64,000 nucleotides of DNA. Source: Ranitomeya imitator. Lineage: Eukaryota. The stretch is taken from positions 516,398,001 to 516,462,000 of the forward strand of contig NC_091282.1 of the NCBI RefSeq assembly GCF_032444005.1, read 5' to 3'. Shown here piece after piece: positions 50,320 through 61,735 of the stretch. Positions within the stretch are counted from its first letter, which is position 1, and each line of letters begins with the position of its first letter. Under the pieces are notes generated by a model, which worked only from the letters and a program-made list of their open reading frames with translations, was not told the DNA's origin and did no database searches. A program made the position numbers and the translations under genes.

Positions 50320-51005
50320 CGGAGCGAGCCATCCCCTCCCCCCAGACGGCGTACGTGCAGGCCGTCATGACAGGGGTTTTGGAGAGGGAGGATAGAAGGT
50401 GTGGGAACATATTTAGGGGAGGGGGATAGTATGCATTAGGGGGGGTTTATAGGGCTAGGTAGGGGGTGGGGTTGGCCAGTTCCCGCTCTGGAGGCCAATA
50501 GTGAGTTCCCGCCCGCCCGCCCTGTTTTTCTTTCCGTTTTCTCTTTGAAATGTTTTGGGGCTAAGTTGCTCCGGGTCATGGTGGCTGGTAGCGGTGGGAG
50601 GGGTCCTTGGAGTTGGTACTAAATTGGCCTGGGGGATCCGTCGGGATACGGATTCTTCAGTTGGTGTAAAGTTGGTTTCGGGTCTGGTGGTTTGGGGGGA
50701 TCTTGGCAACGGTGGGCCGGATTCCCAGGTGTTAGGTGGACAATGGTAGCCCTTCGGGGTATTTTGGTGCTCCCGAGCCAGGTGGTTGCGACTGGGAGTA
50801 AATTATGGTCTGGTTTTTCTGTCCACTCTATATATTATGTTTTACCACCAGTTTGGAGCTTCAAGGACCTCCCCACGTTACTTTACCGTTAATGTTTGTA
50901 TGTTTATAATAAAGGGCCACTGTGGCCAATTATTATCCAAGTTTTGAATCCTGTCTTTATTGGGGTTTATTTGGGTACTTGGGAGGGGGCCTGAAGATGG
51001 GAGGA
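50320..51005 (+). mobile_element. DIRS/Ngaro-type terminal-repeat fragment
   Basis: 50858-50960 (TTCAAGGACC.CCCCA...AATAAAGG....GTGGCCAATTATTATCCAA) resembles the reverse complement of 25440-25546. Confidence 0.6.
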
Positions 51006-51509
51006 TCCGACGGAGCTATCGAACAATACCAATGTCATGTGCACCTAAACATTGCACTTATACCAACATGTGTGAAGGCCCATTTTTTTTTTCTCATTTT
51101 TCCAATCATAAAAAGGCAGCGTCCATGGGACGGAAAAAGTAGATGCCCATAGTTCTGACCTTGATGAAATGCCCATTGAGGTCAGGAACTGTGCCACGCT
51201 GACAGGTCGTTTGTGCAAAAACACAAATATAAATAAGACGATTCTTTTGAGCATTTTTAGTACTTTTTTCAGTGTTTTTAAGTGCGGAGACACCAGAGAA
51301 AGACGCAGTATGAACATACCCTTAAAAATGCACAGAGCTGCCCATTATTTGTGACCTCATACAGTCATATGAGATACAGTCCTCATGCAGTAGCTCTGTC
51401 TTATTCCGACGGTTGGCATAAGTAACATGTAGCTCTAAGAAAAGTAAAATATTCTGGTGTTATTGTAAATTATGCTTTATAATGAGAGTAGTATTGATCA
51501 ATCCGAGGC

Positions 51510-51591
51510 TCCAAAATTGTTTGCCAAAAATAGTTTTATTTGACCGAACATACAGTAACCAACGTTTCGGCCCAGGTAGGCCTTACTAAGA
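51510..51591 (-). mobile_element. Penelope-like 3'-end remnant with a hammerhead-like motif
   Basis: Minus strand: CTTAGTAA GGCC TACCTG GGCC GAAACGTT GG, then AATAAA about 22 nt downstream. Confidence 0.4.
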
Positions 51592-51604
51592 CGTGTGAAA
51601 CCGG

Positions 51605-52114
51605 CCTTACTAAGTGCAGGGCCGCGCTTAGTAACCCGATGTTTACCCTGGTTACCATTGTAAAAGTAAAAAAAAAAAAACACTACATACTCACATTCCT
51701 GTCATGTCCCCCGGCGTCAGCTTCCCTGCACTGTGTAAGCGCCGGCCGTAAAGCAGAGCCGGGGGACGTGACAGGAATGTGAGTATGTACTGTTTTTTTT
51801 TTTTTTTACTTTTACAATGGTAACCAGGGTAAATATTGGGTTACTAAGCGCGGCCCTGCACTTAGTAACCCGATGTTTACCCTGGTTACCAGTGAACACA
51901 TCGCTGGTTCGGCGTCACACACGCCGATTCAGCGATGACAGCGGGGTGATCAGCGACCAAAAAAAGGTCCTGATCATTCCCCAACGACCAACGATCTCCC
52001 AGTAGGGGCCTGATCGTTGGTCGCTGTCACACATAACGATTTCGTTAACGATATCGTTGCTATGTCACAAAAAGCAACGATATCGTTAACGAAATCGTTA
52101 TGTGTGAAGGTACC
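51605..52114. mobile_element. Harbinger-type palindromic MITE, left part missing
   Basis: Right end TGTGTGAAGGTACC|TTTA; large hairpin 51611-51863 and perfect 35-bp inverted repeat 52027-52061 / 52073-52107. Confidence 0.75.
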
Positions 52115-52855
52115 TTTACTTAATGTTACTTCTACAGCTGCAGCTATGATTCATTGTTCACTGCTGTAACTACTGATTAGCTGCTGCAGTCACATTATGT
52201 TACCATCGCTTCTTGGAGCTGAGGGTGAAACCATCATCTTTCTTTTGTTTTGTTTTGCATACAAGCAAAAAATTACTGTATAACACCTCCAACCCTTTTC
52301 TTACATTGATTTGTTTTTTTTTATTCTTACCTTTTAACAGTTCACAGTGAGGTATACATAATTTGTGATTTTAGTTTGAATTGTAATAGATGTGAAATAT
52401 GAATTATTATTATTTTGCTTTATTATTTATATTTGTGTTAAATAAATTAGAATAAAGTTAAGTTTTAATCTTTGCAATTATTTATGTTTTACAGCCTGTG
52501 TCTCAGTAGGGGACTTATTTATGCATTCATTCAATCACTTGGGCAATACACGGTGCATTTGTTTGCAGGGTACTAGCATGTGAGTGTTAGAGGTCCCATA
52601 CAAAATATATATCTAACACTTGCAGTGAGATTCATGTGTGTAATTCCAGCAGCTCCAGTCTCTGAACAGACAATCACAGCAGCAGACCTTAATGAATCCC
52701 TTGCTGCAATACGCTGGACTAGAACAAGTGCTCTCTATGAGAGAGTCGCTGCCAGTGCTGTCTGTGGCTTATGTTGCAGAGAACATAAGGTTCAACTGTC
52801 CGAAATCAGACATGTTGTATCCTTGTATCCTAATCTTCCCTGACCTCACCTGTTA

Positions 52856-53050
52856 GGCTGCCGTCACACTAGCAGTATTTGGTCAGTATTTTACATCAGT
52901 ATTTGGAAGCCAAAACCAGGAGTGGGTGATAAATACAGAAGTGGTGCATATGTTTCTATTATACTTTTCCTCTAATTGTTCCACTCCTGGTTTTGGCTTA
53001 AAAATACTGATGTAAAATACTGACCAAATACTGCTCTTGTAACGGCAGCC
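52856..53050. mobile_element. Harbinger/Tourist-type MITE (195 bp)
   Basis: TTA|GGCTGCCGTCACAC...AACGGCAGCC|TTA; TIRs about 65 bp. Confidence 0.9.
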
Positions 53051-53069
53051 TTACAGTGGAGTCGTGAGG

Positions 53070-53617
53070 TGTCATGCAACGTGTAGGAATGGCTAAGTGC
53101 AACACCGAGGGATAAGGGAAAGGGAACCAAACACTGCAGAAGGAGGAAGTAGAGACCCCTAGACAGATCTAACATCATCCTGTCTGTCCTATCATCCCTA
53201 TATTGGTACCGCACCTATCGCACAGTAGGATACCTAATCCCTGCTTGGCCCTGGTGATAAGCCCTGCACCGGGAAGGACAGGATGACCATGCTAGTCAAT
53301 CCCCATTACCTCTAAAGACAACTGAGATAGACAAACGAAACAAGAGGAACACTTAGCTTGAGTAGACTCGGAGAAAAAAACTAACGTTCTCCAAACTCCA
53401 AAGAGGATGACTGCTACAGCTCCAAGCCTCAACAAGGAAATGCAAATGGAAATATCACCAGCAACTCCCAACAGCAAGTTGGGAGTTATAAACACCCAGA
53501 TCCGGAGGAGGTGGCCACTAGATCGTAGCATCAGAAAAAAACAGGCAGAAGTCTACAAAGCAAACTGCTGAGACCTTCTGTAGACAGATGCAGTGCAATG
53601 GTCTGCAGTCTCTGACA
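53070..53617. mobile_element. Probable solo LTR
   Basis: TGTCA...TGACA bounded 548-bp block with LTR-like composition; no TSD recovered. Confidence 0.4.
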
Positions 53618-54023
53618 CATCCGTAAATCAATGTGGTAATAACATTGCATTATGGAAGCTCTGCTAAATCTTTGTGTTTTATTGGAGTACATAAGCTGTA
53701 GACTACCGGTCTGTACCTTCCAGGTCAAAAATGGCCAGCATATAACAGTATCTGCAACATGAATGAGATGTCATCGAATCTCATGCACACACCAGTAAAA
53801 ATGTCAATATTTTTCCATTTTAAAACCTGCAGTATTTTAATTAATCTTTATATTTTTACTTCAGATTTCACTCTTTCAATGAACAAGGTGAAATCCACGT
53901 GAAAATCTGCCCGTGCGTGTGGATTTTTACCACAGATTCACTGTAGCTTTCAACTCAAATTTGCCGCAAAGTCCATGACACAATTTTCTATTGCAAATAT
54001 GACCCGTGAGAACAAAAGCCTTA

Positions 54024-54218
54024 GGGCTCATACTCACCTGCGAGAAACTCAGATGAGTCTAGCACGTCAATTCCCGGCGATGCAACCGGCACTCAGGAGC
54101 GGAGCGTGCGGCTGCATGTATTCCTATGCGGCTGCACGCTCCGATCTGAGTGCCTGGTGCAGTGCCAGGTATTAACATGCGAGACTCATGCAAGTTTCTT
54201 GCAAGTGAGTATGAGCCC
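54024..54218. mobile_element. Harbinger/Tourist-type MITE (195 bp)
   Basis: GGGCTCATACTCACCTGCGAGAAACT / AGTTTCTTGCAAGTGAGTATGAGCCC; flanks TTA and TAT. Confidence 0.85.
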
Positions 54219-54510
54219 TATGAGTTGTATCTGTTAACAAACTGTAGAAATTCAGACATGTACATTTAGTTCCTCAATAAAATTATTGATAAACTCAAGA
54301 TCAGTTCAAGTTCCATTTCAAGATCAGGTTAATCAACTTTGTGTGAACCATTTTCCTGTCCTAAAAGGACACAGGGTGGAGCAGGAGGCTCCATCTGCAG
54401 CCAGTTGTCTTACAGCCAGGCACAGGGCAGAAGATTGGGGTATATGGTTGATATCCAGTGACACATTCTTCCATTTTGATAGCAAAATAAACAAAATAAG
54501 GTATAAGCAT

Positions 54511-54753
54511 TAGTGATGAGCAAATGTGCTCTGGTATGGTGTTATGCGAGCATGCATGTCTTCAGGGTGCTTGAAAAATATGTCCCCGCGGCTACATGTT
54601 CTGTGGTCTGTTTGTTAGGCAATTCCTGCATGTGTTAGGGTTTCGAACAGCCGCGAGACATGCAGCTGCGGGGACTAGAACATGTTATTCAAGCACGCTG
54701 AAGCACGAGCATGCTTGGATAATACCTTTACAGAGCACGTTCACTTAGCACTA
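54511..54753. mobile_element. hAT-type MITE (TAGTGATGAG family)
   Basis: TAGTGATGAGC...TTAGCACTA; left flank ATAAGCAT, reconstructed right flank TTAAGCAG. Confidence 0.65.
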
Positions 54754-54756
54754 TTA

Positions 54757-54834
54757 GGCCGGGGTCACACTTGCGAGAAACTCGCGCGAGTCTCTCACCT
54801 CAATAACCGGCACTGACCTGCGTTGACCCAGGCC
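54757..54834. mobile_element. Internally deleted Harbinger-type MITE (78 bp)
   Basis: TTA|GGCCGGGGTCACAC...TTGACCCAGGCC|TTA. Confidence 0.75.
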
Positions 54835-55271
54835 TTAAGCAGATGAGAAGGTTAAGAAATGGATTGATGAGAGGGTTTTTTTTTTTTGCACTTTCTATGT
54901 TTAGTGTTATTTTTAAGGAAGGCCATATATCAGTCACTAAGAAGTTACAGGAATAGACAACGTTTGCCCAAAATGTTTACTTATAGGTACAGTACATTGT
55001 CATGTTTCTATTTTGGAGAGTAGATATTTTTGCAGGAAAAAAAAGAAAAATACAGCCGTACTAGATGTGCATGATCAATATGTATTAAATTATTGTATAT
55101 TGTTGTTTTGTTCTTGATTGAGCATACAGATAAAAGTTATAGCTGACCATCTTCTGACACGCTTATTCAAAAGAGACAACCAGTGTGATAGCCTTTCTTG
55201 TCAATTTCATTTTTTATCAACCCCTTCTGATATATTTGAGGTCAGATTTAACATATTCTGAACAAGAAGAG

Positions 55272-55716
55272 TAGTGGTCCCCAACCTTTCTTATCTTGAG
55301 AGCCACATACACCATGGAGAGATGCCGCGAGCCACATGCAGTGCTCCCCTCCCCAGTAGTGATATCCAGAGATCCCCATTCATTGCAAGTATAATGACAA
55401 GCTTTCCCACGGAAGGTACATCAAAGCCTTATACCCTCATCCCTTATGGGAAGCATACTTACATCTAGGGATTCCCACTTTACCCTATATTTGATATTCT
55501 TGTATAAAGCATACTCATTGCACAGTTGCATCCATCTTCAACCACTCCTCAAACTGGCAGTATCAACCTATGTGTGCAGGGCTTCTCCAAAAGAAGTCAC
55601 CATCCAGAGACCGTCTTCTCGTTGCTGTTTTCTAGATCTGGTGTTAATGCATCAAGTTGGCAGACAGCAACGAGCCACACAGCATGGACCCGTGAGTCAT
55701 AGGTTGGGGACCCCTG
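55272..55716. mobile_element. hAT (Charlie-like) MITE remnant
   Basis: TAGTGGTCCCCAACCT / AGGTTGGGGACCCCTG termini; TSD not recovered. Confidence 0.65.
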
Positions 55717-56659
55717 GTGTTGAGGATCATTAAATGAATTGCCTGGGCTTAGGATAAAAGTTTGCAGTCGCTCTATGTGATTGTAATCTCCTGAGTCATG
55801 ATAGTGTGCACACTGTCACAATTCCTCCGAGTTTCCAGTACTAGTAGGTGATCACGTGTCCACATGTTTGTGTACTAATAGTCATGTGCAGACTAGACTT
55901 ACCCAGTTTCGCTCAAAAGAAGTGATTTGAGAGGAGCCAGACATGTCTAGTTGGCACGTGTTCCCAAGTATACAAATTGCATTAATGTGGTCACGCGACC
56001 ACCCACTTGAACAGTGGATTTCAGCCAATCGTGATAAAGTGTGGCCCACGCACTCTCACGATGGAGCGGTCTTCCGTCAGTTTTTTCTGAGAGCATATAA
56101 CACTTAATTGTATTAATATTATTGTTCCTTTACCCTACATTCCCCTATGTATGCCGTGTACCTGTCTTAGGTCAGCCGGGATTTTAGTTTGCAGAACAAC
56201 TTATGTACATTACTTTTCTTTAATGTAATTGCTAATAATTGACATTATAATTGCTCCCTGTGCAGAAATTACCACAGTTACTCAAACACCTCCTTGCACA
56301 AATTACACATACACCACCAGATGAATCAATAAGCAGAGGATCACACTTCACTTTCAGTACGCACCAATATTAATACAAAGGAAACACAATCTAATTCGTG
56401 AGATAAAACAGTGTAGACGTAACAGGAGCACAAAACTATACAGTGAGCGCACTGCTTCCTCTCCTAAGTACTGTAGTTAGTGAGCAGCTTGGACCAACCC
56501 CCCTTTCCATTGTATGTGCCCCAGAATGTGAGCACACGGCATGTGAAATAAATGCACACCAGATGCTACTGCAGGGTTTTTGGTGCTCTTTTTTTATTTG
56601 TTTCTGTTTTTAAACTGCATTTTTTAGCTTGTTAATGCATTCCATCAGCTAATATATTA

Positions 56660-56890
56660 NNNNNNNNNNNNNNNNNNNNNNNNNNNNNNNNNNNNNNNNN
56701 NNNNNNNNNNNNNNNNNNNNNNNNNNNNNNNNNNNNNNNNNNNNNNNNNNNNNNNNNNNNNNNNNNNNNNNNNNNNNNNNNNNNNNNNNNNNNNNNNNNN
56801 NNNNNNNNNNNNNNNNNNNNNNNNNNNNNNNNNNNNNNNNNNNNNNNNNNNNNNNNNNNNNNNNNNNNNNNNNNNNNNNNNNNNNNNNNN
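56660..56890. other. Assembly gap (N run)
   Basis: 231 N flanked by AT-rich sequence. Confidence 1.
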
Positions 56891-59309
56891 NAATTAAGTG
56901 TGGATAACATTATTAATAATAATAATAATAATTTATAATATTTATTATTTTTAATAGTGGACAATTCTATATAATATATATTCAATCACATTTTCCCAAA
57001 TATTCCATTCATCCTTCTGTCATTAAAAATGCAATTTCCCTGTGCAGATTGCATTGAATCCCCAGGGAATGTGGCCACCAATGATTATTTGAAAGCAACA
57101 CCAGCCCCCCTGGTTTATTTCACAAGCTTGAGTACACTTTGTGGTAGTATTAAATAATAAGTCATCATGCCCATGAGTGACCCCGGCATCACCCTTTTTT
57201 TTTTTCTCTTATCCAGTTCCTGTAAAATAAAAGAGAGGCCCCCTGCTCGGTCATCATGTGTCTAATGCTTTGTTTTTGAAATTTCACACTGATTTTCACG
57301 CATCTTCCCTACTAGTTTTCAACCTGGCTGCACATTCAATCTGTAGCCTGTCTGTCCCAAATTCCACGGAGCCCAGCCTGAATAGGAAGCCTTACATGCA
57401 AATGTGGCACCTATTAATGGCAGTCTGAATTAGCTGGTATTGGTATCCAAGGCTGCAGTATTCTGCATAATGTGGCTCAGCAATAACGCAAAGGCATTGT
57501 AGGATTATTGGACGTAACGTGCCCTTATTATAAAAGGCTTTGCTATTTCGAGCAGTGCGGATATAATGTCAGGTGCACTGCCCATCTCTCATCATGCTTC
57601 TGTCTTCTTCTTATCTAGGGTAAGCATCCCCATGCAAGCATTGTTTGCTTGTCACAACATATCATTGCGCTTCTTACCTTTCCGTGCCCTTTCCCTTTCA
57701 GCCTGTGTGTCCAGCTAAGAGTCCCAATATACAGTCCAACTTGCACGAGACCAAATCCCAAATGTTGGCATTGTGATGCCAGCTCTGCGCTCTAATATCC
57801 CTTTTTATTTTCTGATCATGGTGGTGCTGTCGCTGAAGCCTTGTAATCCTAGATGTTTGCGTCAACCATGCATTTCTCCGTCCATCTCTGTGTTTTTCAA
57901 ATACTGTAGCTCCTGGGTTTTCAGGCTTCCCCTATTCGTATTAATGGAAGGAATTAGAAAGCCACTTGCTCCAGAGAGGAGGAGGAGGAGGGGGAGTACC
58001 ATACACAAAGAGCATGCGCGAGGCAGGTCATTAGTGTCTTTCTTTGAGGCATGCAAACACATCCAGTGGGTAAAGGAAAAATTGCTGTAAAAATAAAATA
58101 GAGCATCAGTTGGCGCTTCGATTTTACCAGCCTTGGTGCTCAACGTCACATCATCTCCAGAAACTTGTTCCCTGATCTCTGAACTGCAATACGGATTTAT
58201 TATTTAGTAAAAATATATCAAGAAAACCCCATGTGACTGCATTTACTGAGAGCAGCTGTGTCATTTTGTACCTTCCTTCGAGTATCTGGCTACAAGCAAA
58301 CCGTATGAATAGATGTGTAATAAAGGAGATGCCACAGGGGACAATCCAAATGTGTCCTTTGCTCCTGGAGGGGAGTTGGTTTCCACCCTGCTTCATGATC
58401 AGCACCTAGGACAGAGGTAGAATCAGGGCTATGGATCATATGAGAGCTGAAAAGCATGATGATTTCTTCTGCAAAGAGTGCTACTCTACTTCAAAAAGGC
58501 ATATCAAATGCAAAAATGCATTTTTTTTTTGTTAAAAAGACATATCAAATCAAATGCAAACAAATAATAAAAACTGCAGGTGAGCCAGGAAAGTATCACA
58601 TAAAATAAGGATACAGAGAAATCGCCCCCAAAACAAGTGAAAGAGTAGATAACAACTGCTGGTCAGTTATTTATATATGTACATTTGGATTTCTCAATTT
58701 TGGTAACTGCCCAACGGTTTATCCTGTTATATGGGAGCAGTGCGCATATTCAACCTCTGCTCCATGTATTCCCTATGAGGCTGGAGAGCGCTGCTCTTGG
58801 ATTTTTTTGGTAGCCCCATATTAATAAATGGAGGGCCAGTTTGGCATCCAACCTGCCACGCCATTTTGTAACAGGGATATAATTTCCCACTACCGATCTG
58901 CCAATTGGTGTGGGTTCCAGCAGTGTGACACCAACAGATCAGCTAGTTATCAGGTATCCAATGAGCAGGGCAAAGAGCTAGGGGCACGTAGACCAGGGGC
59001 CCCCAGCCAGTGGCATGCCGCTGATAGCAGCACACCACGTGGCCGCTATGGGGCCCCTGAGTTAGAGGGGCCTGGAGCCGCCCCCCCACATCGCGCATTC
59101 AACTTATCAGCATGATGCCGATGCAGTTGAAAGTGATGGAGGGCAGAGCATCATGTGACTTTCCCTCTCCCATCACTTCCCCTCTGCCTCTAACTCAGCA
59201 GCATGTGTCAGCAGGGGAGCTAATGGGACACTGAGATGCTCTGCGGAAGCCACAGCAGCGAGGGAAAGAAAAGGAGAGGTATGTATTGTGTGAGCATGTG
59301 TGTGTGTGT

Positions 59310-61735
59310 CTGCTGCATGATACTTTGTGTGGGGGCTGCATTATACTGTGGTTGTGTGGGAGCTGCATTATACTGTGTGTGAGGGCTGCATTATACTGTG
59401 TGTGGGGGGCTGCATTATATTGTGTGTGTGAAGGGGCTGCACTATACTGTGTATGTGGGGGGCTGCACCATACTCTGTGAGCGGGCTGCACTATACCATG
59501 TGTGGGGGACTGCACTATACTGTGTGTGAGGGGCTGCATTATACTGTGTGTGAGGTGCTGCATTTTACTGTGTGTGGGGTGGATGCACTGTACTGAGTGT
59601 TTGTGGGGGGCTGACTTGTACTGTGTGTTTGGGGGGGCTGCATTATACGCAGAGGGGGCTGCTTTATACTCTGGGGGCTGCATTATACTGTGTATGTGGG
59701 GGCTGCATTATACTCTGAGGGTGCTGCATTATATACTGAGGGTTCTGTATTATACTTTGAGGGCACTGCATTATACTCTGAAGGAGCTGCATTATACAGT
59801 GTGTGGGGACACTGCATTTTACTGTGTGTGGGGGGCTGCATTATACTGTGTGAGGGGGCTGCACTGTACTGTGTATGTGGAGGGGCTGCATTATACTGTG
59901 TGTGGGGGCTGCACTATACTGTGTGTGGGGACTGCACTATACTACGTGTGTGGGGGGCTACATTATACTGTGTGGAGGTGTCACCATTCACACCGTGACT
60001 TCCAACACTTGGTAGCGGGTCCCACCAATGTGTCAGGGATCCCGGGGAGGATATCTTTATAGTCCCCACTACTCACCCCAATTTGTCACGAACCGGGGTT
60101 GTTTGGTTGCCCTTGGTTCCTTCTGAAGGGGATTTATCTATATCCCACTTCCCAGTTCCAGTTTGGAATTTGCAGCTCCCCCTTACACTCAGGTCAGACT
60201 AGGCACTGCACCTAGGGTAATTAGTCACCAGAAAGGCTGCCCGTATGTACTGGCTATTGGGCTCACTGCAGCAAGGGCGATTAACTACTCCCACTCAGGT
60301 GGGAACAATAATTATCAATGCTGCCATCGCTATGCAGTTTCCCAAATGCACAGAACAAAGTATGCTGCCACCAGCTCCAATTAAACGGGTCCGGAGCCAA
60401 CCCAAATCAGTAGCGCAATTCTCTTCAGAGGATGCACAGTTCGCAATAGTGAAGAGACAAGCTAGCAATTAAATATTTTACTCCATTAAAAATTAGGCAG
60501 TGTTTATAAAGTCTAAGAAGATATTAGAAAAGAGACGATTTGTATATACATTACGGATTACAAAATAAAATAAGGATTAAAATAGAAGATTACACTCACA
60601 TTTTGCTTAAGTCATTGTGGGATAACCATGCTGGTTGAGGATCCAGGCATCACAGTCCATGCCAAAGATTCTTGAAGCATTAAAGGTCCCAGGCAAGAAT
60701 GAAAGCGGGGCTCAGTGCAGGAACCTACACCACTGAGCTTGTGACATCACTAAAAGGGTTGGTTAATGATATGCACTGATGGGACAGTTCCTTACCTTCT
60801 CCAAGGTCTGAGACAAAAGAAATTCCTGAGTGAGAAGGGAGGGACAACAGGTGGCTTTGTTAGGATTGGTCATCTGCCTTTTAAAGCCACGCCCTGCTCA
60901 CACACTAGCTTCAAGTTACCCAATGTCTCGGCCATACTGCTTGTTTCTTGATTTCAGGGGGAGAGAGAGAGAGGGGGGGTCAAAGCTGCCATGTGCTTTC
61001 AGGACCATGGTCACATGTGCAAAACTCCCTCAACTATGGTATTTTTTATCATGACAGGGGGCTGCACTATACTGTGTGTTTGTAGTGGGCTGAATTATAC
61101 TGTGTGTGTGTATGTGGGGCTGCATTATACTCTGAGGGGGCTGCTTTATACTATGGGGTGCATTACACTCTTAGGGCACTGCATTATGCTCTTATGGGCT
61201 GCATTATACTCTTAGGGAGCTGTATTATACTCTTAGGGTGCTGTATTATCCTTGAGGGCACTGCATTATACTCTTAGGGGGCCACATTATACTCTGAAGG
61301 GGCTGCATTATACTGTGTGTGGAGGACTGCATTATACTATGTGAGGGGGCAGCACTGTAAGTGTGTGTTAGTGGAGGGGCTGAATTATACTGTGTGGGGG
61401 CTGAATTACACTGTGTGTGTGGAGCTGCATGTGTGTGTGGCGCTGCATTATACTCTGAGGGGGCTGCATTATACTGTGTTTGGGGGGCTGCGTTATACTG
61501 TGTGTGGGGGCCTGCATTACACTCTGAGAGACTGCTTTATACTCTGAGTGGGCTGCATTATACCCTGAGGGTGCTGCATTATACTCTGGGGGCTGCATTA
61601 TACTCTATGAGGGGACTACATTTTACTCTATGGGGGCTGCAGTATACTCTGAGGGGGGTTGCATTATACTCTATCAAGGACCATGGTCAGTGCATTTTAC
61701 TATATGTACTATATGGGACCTGCATTATACTGTAT
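59310..61735. repeat. ~21-bp minisatellite (GGGGCTGCATTATACTGTGTGT), two blocks 59310-59978 and 61057-61735
   Basis: Direct reading; dozens of variant copies. Confidence 0.93.
59979..61056. mobile_element. LTR-like insertion in the minisatellite
   Basis: TGTCAC...ATGACA; flanks GGAGG/GGGGG; a second TGTCACG start at 60084 suggests a composite. Confidence 0.55.

Noticed and set aside
56632-56985. 117-aa ORF
   Set aside because: Artefact of translating through the N gap.
57600-57626. Plus-strand TAG-G-GTAAGC as a recursive splice site or 1-nt exon
   Set aside because: One nucleotide off the YAG|GT pattern, with no evidence of plus-strand transcription.
57862-58149. ORF with signal-peptide-like MVLPLLLLLSGASG
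   Set aside because: The Leu run comes from a (CTC)n microsatellite; the ORF stops after 46 codons from that Met, with no donor site or known homology.
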